44,187 bases of DNA from a bacterium (GTDB lineage: Bacteria; Hinthialibacterota; Hinthialibacteria; Hinthialibacterales; Hinthialibacteraceae). The position numbers and the translations under genes were made by a program. Below, in pieces: positions 1 through 8,680 of this stretch. Location of the stretch: positions 1 through 44,187 of the forward strand of contig JBHGBC010000031.1 of the NCBI GenBank assembly GCA_041946805.1, in the 5' to 3' direction. Each line of letters starts with the position of its first letter. Position 1 is the first letter of the stretch. The notes under the pieces were generated by a model. That model made no database searches, had not been told where the DNA came from, and worked only from the letters and a program-made list of their open reading frames with translations.

Positions 1-182
1 AAGGGGACTCCCATGAAGGCAAGACTCCAACCAATTCCAGAGAAGCCCAGCGGGGCGAAGGGGCTGTGCTCCATGCAATCCGCCCGTCCAGAGAGAGGGA
101 CTTAGGGGCCATTCTCTCTAGACGGTTTGATGGAATAGCATAGCAAACCAAAAAGAAAAAGTACGCACTTCCCGGATGAGCC
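1..182 (+). mobile_element. MITE subfamily C, right part (cut by window start), ending in TIR GTACGCACTTCCCGGATGAGCC
   Basis: 1-123 aligns ungapped to 44065-44187 (104/123 identical by my count); 161-182 matches the reverse complement of the family TIR. Confidence 0.8.
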
Positions 183-228
183 ATATTTAATGAAGAGAAA
201 GAACGCCTTTCGCCCTTCAAGGTTTCTC

Positions 229-543
229 TCACCCCGGCCCTCTCCCGGAGGGAGAGGGAGAAGGAAAATCTTTCGCCGAAAATTTTATTCGGTTCGATAA
301 TACATACCGGGCAGGAAACCATAGCGCGGATCCCAGGGAATCCGATCCACCCCCCACAAACCGCAACACCTCAATCTCATCACCCTCGTGGAGGATATGG
401 GATTCGTAGGATTCGCGTTTGACTATGTCCCGGTTGATTTCGACAGCGACTTGTTGGGGATGCAAACCGAGTTGCTGGAGGAGAGTCAGGATGGTGAGTT
501 CCGTCTCCAGTTCCTTGGGCTTCCCATTGAGTGTAACCCGCAT
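229..543 (-). CDS. thiS: ThiS-family sulfur carrier protein with a 38-aa extension after VGGG
   Basis: MRVTLNGK...VAVEINRDIV...GDEIEVLRFVGGG is a typical ThiS (66 aa, 543-346); the frame continues to a stop at 229. Confidence 0.85.
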   Translation of the reverse strand: MRVTLNGKPKELETELTILTLLQQLGLHPQQVAVEINRDIVKRESYESHILHEGDEIEVLRFVGGGSDSLGSALWFPARYVLSNRIKFSAKDFPSPSPSGRGPG

Positions 544-586
544 GAATCGTCCGAAGCCTTTCGAGATCAATGTGTTCACTCTAAAG

Positions 587-615
587 AAGCTAGAAGCCAG
601 GGACGGTATTGTCAA
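587..615 (-). promoter_or_regulatory. sigma70-type promoter upstream of thiS
   Basis: Minus strand TTGACA (615-610) - 17 nt - TAGCTT (592-587). Confidence 0.55.
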
Positions 616-702
616 GCGGTGGCCGGGATGTTCGGCCGGACGGAAACCGGGCGGCCGCCAATCAGCAACCTTCCCGAATCTATAAGGTTAGATTCAGTTA
701 CT

Positions 703-2013
703 TCAATCCAGTTCTTTAATGTAGATATTGGCGAATTGAATCCGGTCGCCGTGATGCTGCAACGCGATGGGGCCGCGTTCCGGCATGCCGGGCAGTTCGG
801 CGTTGTCGACCACCTTTTTGCCGTTGAGCACCACCGAAACCCGGTTGCCGATGGCGGTGATTACGAAGCGGTTCCACTCACCGATCGGATTATCGGCGTT
901 GAAGAGAGGGGTCGCGCCACGGCGCACCTCGGGCGGCATGGAGGCGTCCGTGCGGTAACCGTAAATCTCGCCCGAGCCAACCGGCCAGTTCCAGATGTTG
1001 AACTGGCTCTTGGAGCTGCCACGGATGTAGATCCCGCAATCGCCGGCGTCATACACCGGGACGGTCAGCGGTGAACCATCGGGAGCGGTGGCGTCGCGGC
1101 CGTCGGGCAACACCACGGGCACGTTTTCGATCACCGGTTTCGCGTTTTGCCGCCAATCCACGATCAGGATGAAATTGCCGTATTCCTTTTCCGTCCACAG
1201 GTTCTTGTCCTCGGCCGCGCTTTGGCCGTCATAGTCCAAAATCCAATCCTGGGGCTGCCAATGCCTGGCATGCCCGGGATCCTGTTTCCAGCCGCGCAAA
1301 TCGAGACCGTTGTATAGCGAAACAAAGCCTTCATCCGGGGTGGCTGTCACCACCGCGGGAGGATTGGTCCCGGGCAGTTCTTGAATGCGGACATTCCGGA
1401 AATGGATCTCGCTCCCTTCGGATTCGAGGCAAATGTAGCCTTTGCGGGGATTGCAGTGATAGGCGCGGGTGACGATCCCGCCGTTCACCGAGAGGGTGAC
1501 CATGCCGTCCCGGCTTTCCACGCGGTACTGGTTCCACTCGCCCCCGGCGGGATGCGCGCGTTTTTCCGACGGAAACGAGCGCATCCATCCTTTGGGATGA
1601 GGTTTATCGGGTGTAAGGGTTGCACCGTGAATCGCGAAGACATCGCCATGGTTGCCGTCCATGATCTGTATTTCGATGGAACGGGTAAACGGCACGCCGG
1701 GCGCGGTGATGGCGTCGGAATGGACGAAGAGGCCCGCGTTGCCGCCCTTGTGGACATGCCGCCATTCCAGTTCCAGGACGAAGTTTTCGTATTGCTTGGC
1801 CGTCCGCAGCACGCCGGTGGGTTTGCCGGTGCAAACGATCATCCCGTCGCGGACCGTCCAGGTTTCCGGCGCGCAATTGACGTTGACCCAGCCGTCCAGG
1901 TTTTGGCCGTTGAACAGGGGGACGAAATCCCCGGTCTGAGCCTGGGCTTGTGCTCCCGCCAAGACGATCAGGGACATCCAGAGCGAAAATCCGAAACCGC
2001 GAACATCGAGCAT
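703..2013 (-). CDS. Exported protein with two DUF1080 (3-keto-disaccharide hydrolase-like) domains
   Basis: Signal peptide; twice-repeated LFNG.NLDGW / LYNG.DLRGW ... GEWN ... I.L..G..I.F.N motifs; AAGGAGA RBS. Confidence 0.85.
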   Translation of the reverse strand: MLDVRGFGFSLWMSLIVLAGAQAQAQTGDFVPLFNGQNLDGWVNVNCAPETWTVRDGMIVCTGKPTGVLRTAKQYENFVLELEWRHVHKGGNAGLFVHSDAITAPGVPFTRSIEIQIMDGNHGDVFAIHGATLTPDKPHPKGWMRSFPSEKRAHPAGGEWNQYRVESRDGMVTLSVNGGIVTRAYHCNPRKGYICLESEGSEIHFRNVRIQELPGTNPPAVVTATPDEGFVSLYNGLDLRGWKQDPGHARHWQPQDWILDYDGQSAAEDKNLWTEKEYGNFILIVDWRQNAKPVIENVPVVLPDGRDATAPDGSPLTVPVYDAGDCGIYIRGSSKSQFNIWNWPVGSGEIYGYRTDASMPPEVRRGATPLFNADNPIGEWNRFVITAIGNRVSVVLNGKKVVDNAELPGMPERGPIALQHHGDRIQFANIYIKELD

Positions 2014-2093
2014 GGCATCATCTCCTTGAAATCCTGGTATCCATATACCCGATTACATGGATATAGAGAATGAATTGTACATTTCCACGGTTT

Positions 2094-2126
2094 CCCCCAC
2101 CCTGGCCCTCTCCCAGAGGGAGAGGG
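2094..2126 (+). repeat. Stand-alone REP-like hairpin CCC(T/C)CACCC..CCCTCTCCC..GGGAGAGGG; representative of ~18 copies
   Basis: Copies at 226-258, 2094-2126, 4305-4336(-), 6512-6544, 7025-7056, 10100-10132, 10272-10304(-), 14001-14033(-), 14071-14103, 19083-19094 (partial), 20041-20073, 26078-26110, 29487-29519, 32189-32221(-), 37462-37494(-), 40533-40565, 42113-42145, 43365-43397(-). Confidence 0.9.
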
Positions 2127-2212
2127 AATCGTATCGCGTTCCCATCTATACTCATACCCCGAAAAAAGCGCTTAGAAAGCTCCGCCTTCGGGTAACGAAC
2201 CACCATTCAACC

Positions 2213-3133
2213 TCATCCGGCCGAATAAAACAGGGAAGTCCCGGGCAGGCATCCCTGCCGCGAAAAATACTTCAGGCGTCCGAACGAGTAGGTTTTTCTG
2301 AAATAGACCGTGTCCGGCAGCCATTTGCCGTTGTCGTTGAGGGCGCCTTTTTGGCCGTGGCTGAGGGATTGGAAATATTCGCAGGAGCTTACGAATCCCC
2401 CAAACGAGCGGCTCAGAGCGAATTTGACCCCGAACATGTAGCCGCCTTTTTCCAGATCCTCCAGCCGGGAAGGATCGATGTGAATGGAGAGGATATGCGC
2501 GGAATCCTCATGGTCTGGGGTGAAATCCCGGGTGAGGAAATAGAGGCGGACGGTCTGCGAGTTGCTCTGTTCGAGGAAGTCGATCTTCTCCGGCAACAAG
2601 GGGGCGATGCCGTAGCGCTGTTTTTTGGCGAAATAGGAATAATGGGACAGGGATGTCGACTTGTCAATCTGGTATTGATAATAACTCCGCATGTAGCGGA
2701 TTTTCCAATTCCGGCTGATGCCGATGAGGATCTTCTCGATATCTTTCCACAAATCCCGGCCGACCATGTAAATCCCGAAAACCGCCACGAAGGCTTCGAG
2801 CGAATACAACTCCACCGGCTTGAAAATCGCGAACAGGACAATGAGCAACACGCCCAAAAGCAGGCCGAAACTGTTGTCAAACCGGTCGCTGATCTTGTAA
2901 TAGGCGGACCGCTGGCGCGAGGAGATGTCCTTGACGTATTCCTCATAGGGATAAAAACGCATATGGTGAGCACAGACAGTGCGGCTGTAGGGATAGAGAA
3001 TCAAGTGGCATTCGCAAACCGGAAAATTCCGGATGGAATCGAGGTGTTTGAGAATGACATCGTAAACCGCCGGAAGATGGCTGTTTTTTTGCAGCAGGAT
3101 TTTGTGCGTGAACGGGGCCTTCTCGGGACACAT
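2213..3133 (-). CDS. Hypothetical membrane protein (about 2 central TM segments)
   Basis: 306-aa ORF co-oriented with the upstream gene; hydrophobic FGLLLGVLLIVLFAIF and AFVAVFGIYMV; GGGAGAGG upstream. Confidence 0.7.
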   Translation of the reverse strand: MCPEKAPFTHKILLQKNSHLPAVYDVILKHLDSIRNFPVCECHLILYPYSRTVCAHHMRFYPYEEYVKDISSRQRSAYYKISDRFDNSFGLLLGVLLIVLFAIFKPVELYSLEAFVAVFGIYMVGRDLWKDIEKILIGISRNWKIRYMRSYYQYQIDKSTSLSHYSYFAKKQRYGIAPLLPEKIDFLEQSNSQTVRLYFLTRDFTPDHEDSAHILSIHIDPSRLEDLEKGGYMFGVKFALSRSFGGFVSSCEYFQSLSHGQKGALNDNGKWLPDTVYFRKTYSFGRLKYFSRQGCLPGTSLFYSAG

Positions 3134-3189
3134 GGATCAGCCTCTCCCACCGGCCAAGACGAAAATTACCTTACTGGGTGAAAGGTCGA

Positions 3190-4044
3190 TCAGCGGACGG
3201 ATTCGTCTTCAGGCAAACCGAGTTTTTTATACAGGGCGCGGCGGCCCTGCTTGTCCTTTTCCAGGATTTCATGGGCGTATTGAGCGACTTTCGCGGCATG
3301 CCCGCGGGGAACGACGATCACCCCGTCGCCGTCGGCCACGATCACGTCGCCCGGCATCACCAGCACGCCGCCCACGGAGATGGGTCGGTTGACGGATTCG
3401 ATCTCATTGCGGCCCGGCCGGATACCCCGCCCGGGTTTGCGCAGGTAGAGAGGAACCTTTTCGGTGATGATTTCGTCGGTGTCACGGACGGATGAATCGG
3501 TGATGACGCCCACGCAGCCCCGGGAAACCCAGCCCATGATGTTGTTGGAGCCGATGGTGCCGACATCGGACGCGGCGGCGTCATCGAAGACCAGAACGGT
3601 GCCCTTGCGGATCAGGGGGACAAAAGGCTCGGACGAATATTGGCTGTAGAAGTTCCCTTCCCACTTGTCGAACTCATCGGGGGCCATCTTGCCCGCCGGG
3701 GGCTTTTGAGTTGGCACGTAGCGCACCGTGACGGCGATGCCCACGACGCGGTGGGTGAAGCGCTCGGTATCCTTCCATAATGGCAGAATGCCCGGATCCA
3801 TCAAGCCGATGTCCTGCAGACCGGCCTTGTCCATGCCGTCGCAGGTGTCGGTAACGCGCAATCCTTGAAACAGTTTGAGCATTTCCTGATCTTCTTCCTC
3901 GGTGTAGACCTGGGTGGGGATGATGTTCTTCCCCGCCCGCAGTTCATCGTCCGTTCCCGCCTGGGCGGCGGCCTCCATCGGAGCGGGCGCCGCCAGCAAG
4001 AAAAACAACGCGCCATAAACCAGTCGAACATGCCTTTTCATCAT
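3190..4044 (-). CDS. RraA/HMG-aldolase (demethylmenaquinone methyltransferase-like) family protein with signal peptide
   Basis: VGIAVTVRY, G.VLVFD, SVRD, VGGVLVMPGDVIVADGDGVIVVP motifs. Confidence 0.85.
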   Translation of the reverse strand: MMKRHVRLVYGALFFLLAAPAPMEAAAQAGTDDELRAGKNIIPTQVYTEEEDQEMLKLFQGLRVTDTCDGMDKAGLQDIGLMDPGILPLWKDTERFTHRVVGIAVTVRYVPTQKPPAGKMAPDEFDKWEGNFYSQYSSEPFVPLIRKGTVLVFDDAAASDVGTIGSNNIMGWVSRGCVGVITDSSVRDTDEIITEKVPLYLRKPGRGIRPGRNEIESVNRPISVGGVLVMPGDVIVADGDGVIVVPRGHAAKVAQYAHEILEKDKQGRRALYKKLGLPEDESVR

Positions 4045-4202
4045 CCGGATCTCCCTTGCAGGTTATGGTTCAGGTGAGTGAACCAGCATACCATAAGCCT
4101 TGGCGGGAGGGATAGACGAGGACGCGGGGGGAACAATCCAATCCCGGAGGGATTGAATATGAATAGCCGGAGTCGACAAACCCAGGTGGCGAACACAAAC
4201 AA

Positions 4203-4472
4203 GGTTCTGCCAATACGCGCGCGCCTTTTCCCCAACGCATGACCCTATATCGAAACGCATGGCCGGATATCGATTCGACGGGTGGGAGATAATCACCCGA
4301 AATTCCCTCTCCCTCTGGGAGAGGGCCAGGGTGAGGAAAAGCCAGTTCCCGGCGAAGGTGCCCGCGGCGGATTCCTGAACGCTGGCCGGGATGGCCATGA
4401 TTTTTCTTCGGTCCGGAATAAGGGAATGGAAATACGATTTTCTTCTTCCTGTACGCACTTGCGGGATGAACC
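4203..4472 (-). mobile_element. MITE subfamily A (270 bp, includes a 20-nt tandem duplication)
   Basis: Good TIR at 4451-4472, degenerate TIR at 4203-4224; interior colinear with 6365-6626 and 25943-26192. Confidence 0.8.
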
Positions 4473-4554
4473 ATTTTCCTCTTCTAATATGTGGTATGAT
4501 CAATCCACTCTGAGATCACGACGTTCGATCAAAACCAAACGCGGAGGAAAAACC

Positions 4555-6294
4555 ATGCGGATGCGGTTTATTCTGATGATTCCCCTGTTCGTGCTTCCGA
4601 TGGCCGACGGGATCTGGGCGGGGAGTGAAGAAACGGCTGACTTGTTGCTCGTCAACGGGAAAATCATTACCGTGGATGCGGCTTTCAGTATCCAGAGCGG
4701 GATGGCCATCAAGGGAGACCGTATTCTGGCCATGGGAGCCGAGTCCAGCTTGCAACCATACCGTGGCGGCAACACACAAGTCATCGATCTCCATGGTAAG
4801 GCGGTCATGCCGGGGCTGATCGATTCGCACGGGCATCCGGCGGGGGCGGCGGTCACGGAATTCGATCATCCCATCCCCACGATGGAGACGATTCCGGACG
4901 TGTTGAATTACATCCGCTCGCGGGCGGCGGTGCTGCAAGAAGGGCAATGGATCTGGGTCAGCCAGGTGTTCCTGACCCGGCTGAAGGAAGAACGGTATCC
5001 CACCCGTGAAGAGCTGGATGCGGCGTCCCCTAAAAACCCGGCGGTTTTCCAGACCGGCCCGGACGCGAGCGTGAATTCGCTGGCGTTGAAAGCCAGCGGC
5101 ATCGGCAAGGGCTGGAAAGTCGAGGATGGCGGGCCGGGTTACGCGGAGACCGATCCGAACACGGGCGAGCCGACGGGCATTCTACGCAGCTGCACCCGGT
5201 ACTTGAAATACACTTCGCCGTTGAAAAGACCATCCGAGGAGGAGCATCTCGCGAAACTGCGGGAGTTATTCGCCGATTACAACCGCGTGGGGATTGTGGG
5301 AGTCGGGGAACGGGACGCGGATGAGGGCGAAATCCAACTCTACCAGAAAATGCTCGAACAGGGTGACTTGACGGTGCGGGCGTATCTGTCCCAACACGTG
5401 GGCACGATCCAGCCGGTCGAGAAAATCCGCGCCGCCGTGGCCGCCGTGGCCCAATCGCCTTTGCATCAAGGCAACGACATGCTGCGCGTGCGGGCCATGA
5501 AGGTGTACATGGATGGAGGCATGCTGACCGGCAGCGCCTTCATGCGGGAACCGTGGGGAATCAGCAAGGTGTATAACATCTCCGATCCGCAATACCTCGG
5601 GCTGCGGTTCATTCCGGAAGAGAAATTTCTGCCGCTGGTGGAAGCCTGCCTGGAAAACGGGGTGCAGTTCACCGCCCATTCAGTGGGTGACGGCGCGGTG
5701 CACGCGATCATCGACGGTTTCGCGGCGTTTAAGGACCGTTTCGATATCCGCGGTCAGCGGCCCGTGATCGGCCATTCGAATTTCATGAGCACGGAAGCGG
5801 TGCGGCGCGTGGCGGAGTTGGGGATATGCGTGGACATTCAACCGGCCTGGTTATATCTGGATGGCCGCACCTTGACAAACCACTTCGGTTACGACCGCCT
5901 GGCCTGGTTTCAACCGCTTCATTCCTTGTTCGCCGCGGGGGCCATGGCGGGTGGAGGCTCGGACCACATGCAGAAGATCGGATCGATGAAATCGAACAAT
6001 TTCTACGATCCCTGGATGGGAATGTATGTGGCCATGACCCGGCAGCCCAAATGGATGGAGAAGCCGCTGCATCCCGAGCAGGCCCTGACACGCGTGGAGG
6101 CCATCCGGTTCTATACGATCAACAACGCCTATCTCCTTTTTGCCGAAGAGGATCGCGGATCGCTGGAAAACGGCAAACTGGCGGATTTCATCATTCTGGA
6201 CAACGATCCCCTCACCTGCCCGTTGGAAGAATTCAAAGACATCAAGGTGTTGGAGACCTATTTGGGCGGGAAGAAGGTCTATTCGCAATCGTGA
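4555..6294 (+). CDS. Amidohydrolase family 3 (YtcJ-like) metal-dependent hydrolase, exported
   Basis: DLHGKAVMPGLIDSHGH, K.YMDG, AHSVGDGA, GSD, GSLENGKLADFIIL; GGAGG RBS before ATG 4555. Confidence 0.9.
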   Translation: MRMRFILMIPLFVLPMADGIWAGSEETADLLLVNGKIITVDAAFSIQSGMAIKGDRILAMGAESSLQPYRGGNTQVIDLHGKAVMPGLIDSHGHPAGAAVTEFDHPIPTMETIPDVLNYIRSRAAVLQEGQWIWVSQVFLTRLKEERYPTREELDAASPKNPAVFQTGPDASVNSLALKASGIGKGWKVEDGGPGYAETDPNTGEPTGILRSCTRYLKYTSPLKRPSEEEHLAKLRELFADYNRVGIVGVGERDADEGEIQLYQKMLEQGDLTVRAYLSQHVGTIQPVEKIRAAVAAVAQSPLHQGNDMLRVRAMKVYMDGGMLTGSAFMREPWGISKVYNISDPQYLGLRFIPEEKFLPLVEACLENGVQFTAHSVGDGAVHAIIDGFAAFKDRFDIRGQRPVIGHSNFMSTEAVRRVAELGICVDIQPAWLYLDGRTLTNHFGYDRLAWFQPLHSLFAAGAMAGGGSDHMQKIGSMKSNNFYDPWMGMYVAMTRQPKWMEKPLHPEQALTRVEAIRFYTINNAYLLFAEEDRGSLENGKLADFIILDNDPLTCPLEEFKDIKVLETYLGGKKVYSQS

Positions 6295-6364
6295 CGGAGA
6301 TCAACGGCTTTCACCGCCTTGCGAGGTCATCCGGGAATTCATGGGATGTCAACCAGTAATTTTG

Positions 6365-6626
6365 GGTTCATCCGACAAGTGGGTACAGGATGGGGTAAAT
6401 CGTATTTCAATTCCATTACTCCGAACCGAATGAAACTTGTTGCCATCCCGGCCAGCGATTAGGAACCCGCCGAGGGGATCGGCGCCGAGGAAATGCTTTC
6501 CCTTACCTTCACCCTCACCCTGGCCCTCTCCCCGAGGGAGAGGGAATTTCGGGTGGCTCTCTCCAACTAGTCTAATCGATATCCGGCCATGCGTCCGGAA
6601 AAAGGTAAGCACGTATCGGATGAACC
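6365..6626 (+). mobile_element. MITE subfamily A (262 bp)
   Basis: GGTTCATCCGACAAGTGGGTAC ... GTAAGCACGTATCGGATGAACC; internal hairpin preceded by a 12-nt hexamer expansion; TSD degenerate. Confidence 0.85.
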
Positions 6627-6775
6627 GGATTTTTTTACATAACTCCTAGAAAATCAGGATGATTGGAAGCGGCAGGGGCACGGGACAACGAGCCTCTTTT
6701 TTTAAGGGGTAGAAGTTATCCGGCTCCACTCTCACTCCTTTAATTAATCAACAAAAGTATTTGCAAACTCGCTCC

Positions 6776-6796
6776 ATGTAAGAATTTCCCTTACAT
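6776..6796. promoter_or_regulatory. Perfect palindrome ATGTAAG-N7-CTTACAT, candidate operator
   Basis: Seen directly, in an AT-rich intergenic patch. Confidence 0.4.
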
Positions 6797-6876
6797 AAGA
6801 ATGAGTAGTAATCTTGCAGAAAATAAAGAATATCCCCGATAGTATATTCGGCCATGATCAACTACACTAATCTATG

Positions 6877-6941
6877 ACACGAAGAAAGAACAACCCAGTT
6901 GGGGTTGGGGGTTGGAAGCCCGCTTTCTTCGTGTTTTTTTT
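6877..6941 (+). terminator. 12-bp stem with branched loop followed by a T-run (terminator or sRNA 3' end)
   Basis: ACACGAAGAAAG (6877-6888) pairs with CTTTCTTCGTGT (6923-6934), followed by TTTTTTT. Confidence 0.55.
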
Positions 6942-7291
6942 ATGGAATCCTCCGGAAAGAGCGGTCATTGAGATCCGTCCCTGCATGATACGGGCGGATG
7001 CAAAAGTCCATCCCTGAGACAATTCCCTCACCCGAACCCTCTCCCAGAGGGAGAGGAAATTATCTACTTTCGGTTCAATTCTCCCCAAGCTTGCGGCCTG
7101 GGCTGTACTCATGCCCCGCCGTGGGCGTAAAAAAACCACGCGGAGAATCCGGAAACCGTTACTCGGTGCTTTGACATCCGGCACATCCGAGTCATCACAC
7201 AGGATTCAACTTGCCCTGTAGGGAGCGAATACCGTACAATGGTTCCTTACCGATAACCCACACTGAACGTGCGAAGACCGGGAGGTCAATT

Positions 7292-8680
7292 ATGAGACCG
7301 GGATGGAAAGCGATCATTTCTGGATTGATGGGATTGGGGCTGATAATTCTAGCGATGTCCGGGCAGCAAGCCGGCGGGGCGGAATACGCCTGGAAGGCCG
7401 GGGCGGCGAAGGTGGTGATCACGCCCGCGTTCGACATGTGGATGTCGGGCTACGCATCCCGGAACAAGCCCTCCGAAGGCAAGGTCCAGGATTTATATGC
7501 CAAGGCGCTGGCGCTGGAAGACGCGGCAGGACGCCGGGCGGTGATCCTGACCACGGACCTGATCGGCCTGCCGGGCGTGTTGAGTGAACGGGCCGCCAAG
7601 AAAGTCACCGAGGACACCGGCATTCCCCGCGCGGCGTTGATGCTGACCTCATCGCATACGCATAGCGGGCCGGTGCTGCGAGGCAATTTGGAGACCATGT
7701 ACGCATTGTCCAAGGAGGAATGGGCCAAGGTCACGCAATATACCGCCGAGCTGGAACAGAAACTGGTCCAGGTGATCGAGGAAGCGGTCCGCAAACTGGA
7801 ACCCGCCCGGATTTCCCGGGGCGTGGGCACGGCGGGATTCGCCATCAACCGGCGGCAATACAATCTCGAGGGAATCAACATCGGCTTGAATCCCATCGGC
7901 CCGGTGGACCATGATGTGCCCGTGCTGAAGGTCACGGATTCGCAAGGAAGACTGAAAGCCATATTGTTCGGATACGCCTGCCATAATACCACCCTGGATT
8001 TTTATCAATTCTGCGGCGATTACGCGGGATACGCGCAGGAATATGTGGAAAAGGAAAATCCGGAGGCCGTGGCGATGTTTTATATCGGTTGCGGCGCCGA
8101 CGCGAATCCCAATCCCCGCCGTGAATTGGATCACGCCAAGGCGCATGGCCGGGAACTGGGTCAAGCCGTGGTCAAGGTTTTGTCCCAAGCCATGCAAGAG
8201 GTCACCGGCCCGTTGCGGACCGCTCAGGAAGTGATCGGCCTGCCGCTTTCCCCTCCGCCCTCCCGCGGGCAAATCGAGGAGCAATTGAAGGATCCCGATG
8301 TCTATATCCAACGCCGCGCGCAGAGCTTGCTGAAACAATTGGATGAACAGGGCAAACTTCCGGATCGTTATCCATACATTATCCAAGTCTGGTCATTCGG
8401 CCCGGATTTCATTTTCACCGCCCTGGCGGGCGAAGTGGTGGTGGATTATGCGCTGCGGCTCAAGCACGAGCTGGGTCAAGACAAAGTCTGGGTGGCCGGT
8501 TACGCCAACGATGTCTTCGCGTACATCCCCTCGCTGCGGGTGCTGCGGGAAGGCGGGTATGAAGCGAACGATTCGATGATCTATTACGGCTTGCCCGGTC
8601 CCTGGGCGCCTCCGGTCGAGGAAATGATCATCTCCACGGTTCACAAACTGGTCAAACAAAATGATGAGGGACAATCATGA
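7292..8680 (+). CDS. Neutral/alkaline non-lysosomal ceramidase N-terminal domain protein, exported
   Basis: AGAAKVVITP, MSGY..R, LYAKALAL, SHTHSGP, YACHNT, GDYAG, GYAND..AYIPS....EGGYE; GGAGG RBS. Confidence 0.85.
   Translation: MRPGWKAIISGLMGLGLIILAMSGQQAGGAEYAWKAGAAKVVITPAFDMWMSGYASRNKPSEGKVQDLYAKALALEDAAGRRAVILTTDLIGLPGVLSERAAKKVTEDTGIPRAALMLTSSHTHSGPVLRGNLETMYALSKEEWAKVTQYTAELEQKLVQVIEEAVRKLEPARISRGVGTAGFAINRRQYNLEGINIGLNPIGPVDHDVPVLKVTDSQGRLKAILFGYACHNTTLDFYQFCGDYAGYAQEYVEKENPEAVAMFYIGCGADANPNPRRELDHAKAHGRELGQAVVKVLSQAMQEVTGPLRTAQEVIGLPLSPPPSRGQIEEQLKDPDVYIQRRAQSLLKQLDEQGKLPDRYPYIIQVWSFGPDFIFTALAGEVVVDYALRLKHELGQDKVWVAGYANDVFAYIPSLRVLREGGYEANDSMIYYGLPGPWAPPVEEMIISTVHKLVKQNDEGQS

Noticed and set aside
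1..123. Terminal redundancy indicating a circular plasmid or phage contig
   Set aside because: The two ends differ at 19 of 123 positions and are copies of a dispersed repeat; no rep, phage or conjugation genes are present
544..702. TPP riboswitch upstream of thiS
   Set aside because: No CTGAGA or ACCTGAT core found on the minus strand
2057..3181. 374-aa plus-strand ORF
   Set aside because: Begins in a repeat ([10 protein letters not shown]) and is antisense to the more protein-like 2213-3133
4282..4554. N-terminal extensions in the ORF track (also 14055, 26186, 40569) and small ORFs with LSLWERVRVR / PLPLGEGQG peptides
   Set aside because: They are translations of MITE/hairpin or other intergenic DNA; better starts with RBS lie downstream
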